In this document: positions 19,010 to 26,879 of the stretch, one piece after another
Position numbering within the stretch: position 1 is the first letter of the stretch
Layout of the letters: each line of letters begins with the position of its first letter
From: Promethearchaeota archaeon
GTDB lineage: Archaea; Asgardarchaeota; Lokiarchaeia; Sigyniarchaeales; SOKP01
Direction: 5' to 3'
DNA length: 64,000 nt
NCBI GenBank assembly: GCA_019057865.1
Contig: JAHLWP010000003.1
Span: 64,001-128,000 of the forward strand
Notes under the pieces: generated by a model
Told to the model about the DNA's origin: nothing
Databases searched by the model: none
The model's input: only the letters and a program-made list of their open reading frames with translations
Position numbers and translations under genes: made by a program

Positions 19010-20083
19010 GTGGATCCGAAATTGCTTTCTGATGTAGGTTGGCTTAATGTTATCTCAATAATGGGCATTTTTATATTTGGCTGCTCTTTTGGATTATACT
19101 TTATGTATCAAGGTAGAAAGACTAACGTTAAACTCCTTTTTTATATGGGTTTGGGTATCCTTTTTAATGGTCTTTGGTATTGGGGAAATTTTTGGGAGTC
19201 GTTATCAATTCTTATCACAGGTGAAAATTTTGATAATGTATCAGGTATAAATGTACCATATGAATTACAGGCTATTATGAGCTTTATTTGGGTACCTTTA
19301 ACAATAATTTTTGTTGTGTATGTAGGTGGTGAGCTCCTAATACCTAAAAGAAAATGGTACATTGTAGGGTTTATTATATTTTTAACACTTGTATGGGAAT
19401 TGTTTCTTTTTTTAGATCCATTAGGATCTATATCAATTTATGTTCCCACAGTACCAGGTGAAGATCTCGTTGATGAAGATTTTATTATTAATTCTCTTTT
19501 ATACTTCATTGGTTTCTTATTCTCACTTACGAGCTTACTATTTCTTGGAATTGGTTATTTAATTAAAAGCATTAAATCAACAGACATATTAAGAAAAAAA
19601 TATTTTTATTTAGCAATTGGCTTTATTTTAAATCCCATGTTTGGAATGATTGAGGGATCAGGTATTATTGGTGTTGGTCTATTTTTAGTAAGAATTGGTA
19701 TGTCTTTTACTTTTTTATTGTATTACTTGGGTTTAAGAGAAGAACCCGCTAAAATTAAAATAGTACCTACTGAAAAAGAAGTTAAAATTGAAGATTCAAT
19801 ATTTAGGATTGCTAAAAAACCTGCCCAAATAACTGAAGAAGAAGTTACTTATTATAGAGAGCAGAAAATATGTTTAGTATGTAAAGGTAAGGCAGGGGGT
19901 TTCAATACGTATATTTGTACTGGATGTGATGCTTTATACTGTGAAAACTGTGCACGCGCATTATCCAGTATGGAAAATGTTTGTTGGGCCTGTAATGAGC
20001 CAATTGACAAGGAAAAACCTTCAAAACCATTTAAGATTGAGGGAGAAGAAGCTAAAGTTAAGGAAAAAGACAAGAAAATCTAA
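19010..20083 (+). CDS. 7-TM membrane protein with C-terminal C4C4 RING-like zinc finger
   Basis: Seven TMs; CLVC-x11-CTGC-x4-CENC-x10-CWAC (19871-19993); shared tail PID..KP.KPFKIE. Confidence 0.82.
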   Translation: MDPKLLSDVGWLNVISIMGIFIFGCSFGLYFMYQGRKTNVKLLFYMGLGILFNGLWYWGNFWESLSILITGENFDNVSGINVPYELQAIMSFIWVPLTIIFVVYVGGELLIPKRKWYIVGFIIFLTLVWELFLFLDPLGSISIYVPTVPGEDLVDEDFIINSLLYFIGFLFSLTSLLFLGIGYLIKSIKSTDILRKKYFYLAIGFILNPMFGMIEGSGIIGVGLFLVRIGMSFTFLLYYLGLREEPAKIKIVPTEKEVKIEDSIFRIAKKPAQITEEEVTYYREQKICLVCKGKAGGFNTYICTGCDALYCENCARALSSMENVCWACNEPIDKEKPSKPFKIEGEEAKVKEKDKKI

Positions 20084-20149
20084 AAAATTTTTTCATATTA
20101 AATTTAAATTGATCGTTCAAGATCTTCTTGAATATATATGATTTATTAA

Positions 20150-22765
20150 TTACCTTGTACTTTGTATAAATCTCTTATCTTTTTTTCGTTCTTTTTCCCA
20201 TTTTTTACGTTCTGAACGTAATTTAAAGAGATCCACATCTTTAAAAATCATGTTCTCTTCTTTAGGTGGTATTATTCTTTCAATACGCTCTTTTTCTGGT
20301 GTGTAAATGAGAGATTCTCCGAATTCAGCGATATTTACAAAGAAACAATAAGCATATATTGACCTCCGGGCATCAAAATGGGCTGCTTTAAAATCAGCTG
20401 TAACGGGAGTAAAGGCTGGATTGAACATTAAGTCTATTGGAGGTTCAAAATTCTTAAGTTCAACTCTGAGATCCATATCAAGAAAATCTCTACATATAGC
20501 TATTGCCATTCTACCAAATTCGGTATTACATATAATAGTTTGTCTTGGTACTGCTTCTGTCTTGATACCTTCTTTAAATCTTTTTCCTTTAAAATGTATA
20601 ATTGCTGGAATATGTTTTTCTTGCTCCCAAAGAATTCCATCTGGACTAAAAACTGCACTTATATTTTGCCTAGTTTCTTTATTGTGATATGATCCCGGGA
20701 TTATGTACATTTCATATAATTTGGCAAAATTAGATATATCCTCAAGAAATTTACCATAATTGAGGTCAATGGACATTTCTGGAAAAATGAGGATATTTAC
20801 ACTGCTAGCATGGGCTTTTTCTATCATATCCTTAATCTTAGATCTAATCACATCAATTTTGTCTTTACGGAGTCCTAACAAACCAGGAGTTTTTTCTTTA
20901 TAGAATTCTTTTAAATAATCCCCAGTACTAGATACTCCTATTTGAGCAATACCCACTCTACATTCTCTTCTTTGAATTTTTGGATACTCTTTTAATAAAT
21001 CTCTATAAATTAGTTTATATTTTCTATTTTTACCCCTTTTTTCCACTTCTTTTTTCGGAGTTGGTTGCGGAATTGATGGTACCAATAAATCTAAAGTATT
21101 TTTGGATATAGAAGGTTCGCTGATTGTACCTAATGCAGAAATTATTATTTTCTCTTCTTTCTCTATTAAATTCAAGCGATCTATGACTTCCTTTTCTCTA
21201 TCGTTATATCCTGCTTTACCAAATAGTTCAGCTGCAGATTTTAATACGCCAGATCCAATTTTTAAAAGTTTTTTCTTTTCTTCAAGATTTAATTCTTCAT
21301 CTGCTCTGATTATATACCAAGTAGCATCAAAATAAGTAGAAGTAGCAAGAGCCCAATTTGCCTCACTTTTAAACTCACCCTTTTGATACAAATTTGCAGC
21401 ATTTCTTAACATCATTTTAATTTTTGGATAAAATTCTGCCTTGATAGATGTGTCGCCTGCCTTATCAAATTTACAACCTAAACCTAATGCTTGACAAAAA
21501 GCAGAATTTCCTAAAGCTAATGACTTTAGTTTACTATTCGTGAAATGTTTACTAGCTTTAGTAAATAACTCTGCTGCTTCTGAATATCTTTCAGGGTCTT
21601 CATATTCTTCAGCACATTCCATAGCCTCCCATGCTCTACAAAGAAAAGAAATGGCAGTAAGTTCTTCTACATCTTGTTCGAATTCTACTCTTGAGCACAT
21701 GTCTTTAAATTGAGTAGCAGCACAAGAAAATTTTTCTGCAGCCGCAAGATGCTCACCTTTTCTTTCTAAAATTCTTGCTTTTTCTATTTGATCCCAAATA
21801 TCTACATAATCAACCTTCTCATATTCAGCTTTTTCTTCACTATAAAAGACAGGTTCTTCTTCTATTGTGAGGATATGTTTCTTTTCTATTTTATCTAAAA
21901 TAGAAATTTTTAGTATTTCTTTTATTATAAAAATTATTTTAGTTTTAGATTCCTCTTTAATTGCTGTAAAGCCAAAAGTTTTAATTCCAAGCGTTTCTTC
22001 TATTTTTTCAGGCTCAAATGCAACATCTTTCAAATCTTGAAAGTTTGCTAGAAGATAAAAGTCATTTTTCTTTACTTCAGGTTTTAATTCTGAGACTAAA
22101 GTCTTTGTTCGACCCAAATTACTTGCCGCTGAATTCGTAACAATAAGTACAACATCAACAGATTTTAATAAGTTTTTGTATAGATGCGGATTATAGGTCA
22201 GTTCTTCCATATTAATTTCTTGTATAATACATTGATGTATTCCCTTTAAATTATCTAAATTAATAGGTTTTTGAATAACCTCATTTAAATTATCATCAAT
22301 TTCCAAAATAGTGTCACCAGGAATTAAATCCATAATTGTTGTTTTTCCTACACCATCTTCTCCAGTTAATAAGATCCTAGGTGGAATAAATACATTTTCA
22401 TCCACAAAATCATCAAAATCTTCAAAAACACTAACATTTCCTGTCCAATTCTCTAAAAATGGTCTATATCTTATTATGAATTCATTTTTCATCAGTTCAA
22501 GTTTAGTTCTTGTTTCTTGTACAAAATCATCTTTATCAATTACAATAACAAAGATGCAATCAAATTCAAATGAGTAAGAATATATAAACTTAAAATTTCT
22601 AAAATTAAGGGCTTTTACTTCACCCCCTTTAATTTCTTTGGCAAAATCACTAATAGCTTTCAGAAATCCACTAATAACTGTTTCATCTATATCAATCTGC
22701 TCAAAAAAATTCTTAGAATAACAGAGAATTCCTCCTCTCGCAATAATGAAAATTTTTAATATCAT
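20150..22765 (-). CDS. Longin + degenerate GTPase + TPR/SNAP-like helical repeats + carbon-nitrogen hydrolase (nitrilase) fusion
   Basis: The first ~290 aa are paralogous to 17569..18492. Ala/Glu-rich helical repeats follow. The C-terminus has VGIAQ, IFPEMS (E), QEKHIP (K) and AICRDF (C). Confidence 0.82.
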   Translation of the reverse strand: MILKIFIIARGGILCYSKNFFEQIDIDETVISGFLKAISDFAKEIKGGEVKALNFRNFKFIYSYSFEFDCIFVIVIDKDDFVQETRTKLELMKNEFIIRYRPFLENWTGNVSVFEDFDDFVDENVFIPPRILLTGEDGVGKTTIMDLIPGDTILEIDDNLNEVIQKPINLDNLKGIHQCIIQEINMEELTYNPHLYKNLLKSVDVVLIVTNSAASNLGRTKTLVSELKPEVKKNDFYLLANFQDLKDVAFEPEKIEETLGIKTFGFTAIKEESKTKIIFIIKEILKISILDKIEKKHILTIEEEPVFYSEEKAEYEKVDYVDIWDQIEKARILERKGEHLAAAEKFSCAATQFKDMCSRVEFEQDVEELTAISFLCRAWEAMECAEEYEDPERYSEAAELFTKASKHFTNSKLKSLALGNSAFCQALGLGCKFDKAGDTSIKAEFYPKIKMMLRNAANLYQKGEFKSEANWALATSTYFDATWYIIRADEELNLEEKKKLLKIGSGVLKSAAELFGKAGYNDREKEVIDRLNLIEKEEKIIISALGTISEPSISKNTLDLLVPSIPQPTPKKEVEKRGKNRKYKLIYRDLLKEYPKIQRRECRVGIAQIGVSSTGDYLKEFYKEKTPGLLGLRKDKIDVIRSKIKDMIEKAHASSVNILIFPEMSIDLNYGKFLEDISNFAKLYEMYIIPGSYHNKETRQNISAVFSPDGILWEQEKHIPAIIHFKGKRFKEGIKTEAVPRQTIICNTEFGRMAIAICRDFLDMDLRVELKNFEPPIDLMFNPAFTPVTADFKAAHFDARRSIYAYCFFVNIAEFGESLIYTPEKERIERIIPPKEENMIFKDVDLFKLRSERKKWEKERKKDKRFIQSTR

Positions 22766-22799
22766 AGCAGATCTCTATTTTTATCTATATTTTTACTTA

Positions 22800-22839
22800 A
22801 TTTAATATTAGATAATAAGATTAATTAAGATAATTATGA
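22800..22839 (-). promoter_or_regulatory. Conserved 40-bp upstream element, copy 2
   Basis: ATTTAATATTAGATAATAAGATTAATTAAGATAATTATGA, near-identical to 18581-18620. Confidence 0.6.
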
Positions 22840-22866
22840 GAGTAATTATAAGGAAAATTAAATAAA

Positions 22867-23430
22867 TCAGCTTTTACCTTGCAATTCTAAGAATAATGCC
22901 TTATATTTATTATATAATTCTCTGATTATTACTTGAAAGGCCTGAGATACTCCTTCACCTGTTTTTGCTGATGTTCTATAATATTCAAGAAAATTTCCTT
23001 TTTTCATAATTTTTAAAATCTTTGTATCTACCAAATTCTCTTTATCAACTAAATCAACTTTATTAGCAAATACCACGATGGGAATATCACCACAAAATTT
23101 AAGAATATCATCATGCCAATTTGGTATATGCTTGAGACTATTTTTACCAAGATCATTTTCTTCAAGCGAATATACAATAATAGCTGCTTTGCTATCTCTA
23201 TAGAAGGAGGGTCGTAAGAAATGAAACTCATCTTGACCCGCAATATCCCAGAAAAAAAGCTCACAAAAGTCTCCATCTATTTCCATTTCATATATAGAAA
23301 ACTGTGCTCCAATAGTTTTGATGTATTCCTCTTGAAAATTACCTTCTGTAAATTTTTGTATTAAGGATGTTTTCCCTACTTGCCCATCTCCAATAACAGT
23401 TATTTTAAATACAAATTTTTGCCTTTTCAT
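22867..23430 (-). CDS. Rab-like small GTPase
   Basis: GDGQVGKT, YIKTIG, WDIAGQ, NKVD and TSAK; no C-terminal Cys prenylation motif. Confidence 0.92.
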   Translation of the reverse strand: MKRQKFVFKITVIGDGQVGKTSLIQKFTEGNFQEEYIKTIGAQFSIYEMEIDGDFCELFFWDIAGQDEFHFLRPSFYRDSKAAIIVYSLEENDLGKNSLKHIPNWHDDILKFCGDIPIVVFANKVDLVDKENLVDTKILKIMKKGNFLEYYRTSAKTGEGVSQAFQVIIRELYNKYKALFLELQGKS

Positions 23431-23635
23431 CTTTTAGCTAAATGTCTTTGGTAAATTCCAACTATATATAAATATCTTATTAATTTTTCATTATAGAATT
23501 TTTGATCAATTATAAATATCGAACTTTTCTTAATATAAAATTTGATATATGGATAAAAATTTAATAAAACTTTACATAATGATATTGTAATAATGAAAAA
23601 AGGAATATTAAGTTTTAAACTAAAAGGGAATAAGA

Positions 23636-24433
23636 ATGGTTAAAAGAACAGAAGATAGAATGGAAATATTATTTGGATTTTTTGGCACATTAGTCTCATT
23701 TATTTTATTGATTGCAGCAGTATTTCTTTCTCCTGGATATAATCCATTAATAGACGCTGTAAGTTCATTAGGAAAAAGAGAAGCAAAAACATTATTTAGT
23801 ATTAGTTTTGTTGTAGGAGGATCATTAAGTATTCCTTTTTTTATCTTTCTCGAACGAGAATTAATTAATATAAAGGAAAGTATTAGAAGGCTCGCAACAG
23901 GAGTATCAATATTTACATGCGTATGCATCGCGCTAGTAGGAATAATTCCAGATGAAACATATTGGGACATATTTCAAATATTTCACGGTTTTGTTGCTGT
24001 TGTTAGTTTTTCAGGATCATCAATATATATTGTACTTTATAGTATACTTATGTATAACGGGCCTAAATCAAAAATGTATAAAGGTCCAACATTTAAAAAA
24101 TATCATGCATATTTTGGCTTTAGCAACGGTGTTGTATTGATAATACTTTTAATTATGTTCCTTATAAAAACCCCCTTTACACCCTTTATAGAATGGATAT
24201 TGACAATTTTAATGTTTTCATGGATTCTAATTACAGCACTTCAATTAATATCATATAAATTTTTCAATATTCCTGGAGTTTATTATAAACGGGTTCAATA
24301 TCCTGAGGCTTTAAAATTGTTCGAAGATGCACTCCAGATTTTAAATAACCTTAATTTAAGTGATGAACCTATAACCCAGACTCTTAATGAAAATATAGAG
24401 TTCCTAAGAACACAATTAGAAAAAGAAAATTAG
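23636..24433 (+). CDS. DUF998-like multi-TM membrane protein with C-terminal TPR-like helices
   Basis: PGYNP...VSSLG, VGIIP, IFHG..A and EW pattern; tail YPEALKLFEDALQI. Confidence 0.7.
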   Translation: MVKRTEDRMEILFGFFGTLVSFILLIAAVFLSPGYNPLIDAVSSLGKREAKTLFSISFVVGGSLSIPFFIFLERELINIKESIRRLATGVSIFTCVCIALVGIIPDETYWDIFQIFHGFVAVVSFSGSSIYIVLYSILMYNGPKSKMYKGPTFKKYHAYFGFSNGVVLIILLIMFLIKTPFTPFIEWILTILMFSWILITALQLISYKFFNIPGVYYKRVQYPEALKLFEDALQILNNLNLSDEPITQTLNENIEFLRTQLEKEN

Positions 24434-24585
24434 CAACTTAGAAGGTTAAACTTGTCAAAATTCAGTAAATTAGACTTTCCAATTTTTGAAGTTTTATTTT
24501 TTATTAAAGAATTAAATTTAAAAGAAGAAGTATTTAGTTTCAAGAATTAGTATAATATTCTTAATTATTAATCCGTGAAATTATA

Positions 24586-25800
24586 TTGGGTAAGCAGAAA
24601 CCCTCTAAAATATATAAATTATATAAACAAAAGAAGATTAATCAGATAAGGTTAATCGAGGATCTATTAACCATCTGTGAGCATTCAGATTTGAAATCAG
24701 CAAAGCTAGAATGTTTAGAAATAATTGATTTAGAGGGAGGAAGAGTTGAAAGCATTTTTAAAAGTTTGGAGGAAATTGCATTATCTGATACTGATAAAGA
24801 TGTGAGAATAAAGGCAACAGAGTATATAATTAAGAATTTTCCTGAAAAGGGGCTCTCTTTAGTAAAGTATTTAATAGAACAAAGTATTTCACTCGAATTC
24901 GTAATAAAGTTATGTAAAGTTATAGGTGAGACTACATTCACTTTAAAGAAAGAGTTATCTAATGATTATTCCAATTATCTAAAACAAGTTTTATTAAAAA
25001 TTTTTGAACTTGAAGATACTTCTAGTTTTGATGTTTTATGGGGAGACTGGTTTAGAAATACATCACTTAATTTTTGGCAATTTATGTCTAAATTAGAGAA
25101 TCCAATTGGTTTTTTAGAAATTTTAGAATCTAATTTAGATAATGAGGAAATATTTTCATGGTTTTATAATTATTTATTTACGCAATTTAATATAACTCAC
25201 TGGATCTTTTTCCTTAGTAATCCTAAATTTTCAGGTCATTTATTCAATATTATAAAATATTTAGAGGAAGATAATCCTCCACAGCGATTTTTTCAAATGA
25301 TTGAATTTTTTATGAATATTGGGAAAGTCCTAACTAATGACCAACAAGATAGAATCTTAGAAATCTTAAGAAAAAACAATTTATTTGATTTAGCGATTTT
25401 ATTGGTTTTTAACTGGTTTGAACATTTCGAGAAGGAAAAATTAAGAGATTTGATTAAAGATCCCAACTACAATCTTAATGTAAAATTAAGTGAAATTATT
25501 AAAAGGTCTAGGTTTGGTTTTCTTACACATGATAATTTTATTTATTCTTTAATTAGAATTCTTTACAGAATTTATGAAGAATTTGACAAAATTTATCTAA
25601 ATCAAATATTTGATCATTTTGACCTTGAATTTAGAGAAATATTTCTCTCCAAATTATTTGAAATAGCAAATTCATCAGAGAATGATCATTTATCTCTTAA
25701 AATGAGATACCATAAGAATTACAGGATTTTAACTTATAAACTTCTAAAATATTTATTAGAGCATTATGATCTAAAAAAGAATTTATACAATCAATTATGA
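24586..25800 (+). CDS. Hypothetical all-helical (HEAT-like) protein
   Basis: Long ORF; N-terminal LEEIALSDTDKDVRIKA HEAT-like motif. Confidence 0.6.
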   Translation: MGKQKPSKIYKLYKQKKINQIRLIEDLLTICEHSDLKSAKLECLEIIDLEGGRVESIFKSLEEIALSDTDKDVRIKATEYIIKNFPEKGLSLVKYLIEQSISLEFVIKLCKVIGETTFTLKKELSNDYSNYLKQVLLKIFELEDTSSFDVLWGDWFRNTSLNFWQFMSKLENPIGFLEILESNLDNEEIFSWFYNYLFTQFNITHWIFFLSNPKFSGHLFNIIKYLEEDNPPQRFFQMIEFFMNIGKVLTNDQQDRILEILRKNNLFDLAILLVFNWFEHFEKEKLRDLIKDPNYNLNVKLSEIIKRSRFGFLTHDNFIYSLIRILYRIYEEFDKIYLNQIFDHFDLEFREIFLSKLFEIANSSENDHLSLKMRYHKNYRILTYKLLKYLLEHYDLKKNLYNQL

Positions 25801-25825
25801 AGACACTTATTGTTAGGTGAATTAA

Positions 25826-26803
25826 TTGCTAGGTGAATTAATAGCTATTTTAGCGTGTCTCACTTTTGTTACTTCTAGTGTTTTATTTAGAAAAACAGAA
25901 CATGAAGCTTCTCCGGCTTTTATTAATGTAGTTCGGACAGCAATAGGAACTCTTACATTTATTATAGTAGCATTAATATTTGGAATATTATCTGAAATTT
26001 TTTCACTACCATGGGGATTATGGGTTATTCTCATAGTAAGTTTTATTTTTGGACAAGTAATAGGAGATACATCATATTTTTCTGCTCAAAAAGATTTAGG
26101 AGTTACTATAACGTTAGCACTTGCTATGACTTTCCCTCTTTTTACTTTCATTTTATCAATGGCGTTTCTTAATCAACCTTTTGACTTTAGATTTATTATT
26201 TCTACTATTTTAGTTGGAATCGGAGTAATTATAATTGGAAAATGCAAAATTCCTATTAATAATACTAACTCATTAAACAGTAATCAAGAGGATATTAATG
26301 AAACAAACATAAATATAAAACCTAAATCATTAATTATGTTTAAAGCAATCTTTTTCGCTCTAATTGCCTCTCTTGGTTGGGCAATTGGCGCTGTGTTAAT
26401 TGACTTCGCAACTAATGAAATTGATCGAATATTAGACACAGAGAGTTTAAGCTCAATAATAGGGAATGTAATTCGGTTTCCCTTTGCATTATTGATATTA
26501 CTTTCATTTGTTTGGAGAGAAGAATATCTTTATTCAAAATCAAATTCTTCACCAAAGAAAAAGAGGTCTTCCCAAACATGGATTTGGTTGATTCTTGCCT
26601 CTATTATTGGGACCTCAATAGGAGCCTATTTATATACAGAAGCAATACGCCTAGCTGGAGCCTCCCTAATGTCTTTAATAGCAATCGCAACTCCCTTGTT
26701 CTCACTTCCACTTACTTATTTTGTAAATCACGAAAAGATCTCTAAGCAAGGTTTCTTAGGGGTAATACTTACAATTATTGGAGTAATACTAATTTTAATC
26801 TAA
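25826..26803 (+). CDS. DMT/EamA family transporter
   Basis: About 10 TMs in two repeats; GE..AILA, P.F...L and EKIS..G.LG; AGGTGA SD. Confidence 0.88.
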   Translation: MLGELIAILACLTFVTSSVLFRKTEHEASPAFINVVRTAIGTLTFIIVALIFGILSEIFSLPWGLWVILIVSFIFGQVIGDTSYFSAQKDLGVTITLALAMTFPLFTFILSMAFLNQPFDFRFIISTILVGIGVIIIGKCKIPINNTNSLNSNQEDINETNINIKPKSLIMFKAIFFALIASLGWAIGAVLIDFATNEIDRILDTESLSSIIGNVIRFPFALLILLSFVWREEYLYSKSNSSPKKKRSSQTWIWLILASIIGTSIGAYLYTEAIRLAGASLMSLIAIATPLFSLPLTYFVNHEKISKQGFLGVILTIIGVILILI

Positions 26804-26879
26804 AATAGATAGAATAATAGCATTAATCTCTATTAATAGAAATGAGGGAAAAAAAGAAAAAAAATATTTAAAATTAAAT

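Noticed and set aside
7994-20083. Calling the 7-TM proteins GPCRs or rhodopsins
   Set aside because: No DRY/NPxxY motifs and no retinal-binding Lys in TM7. Seven helices alone do not show homology.
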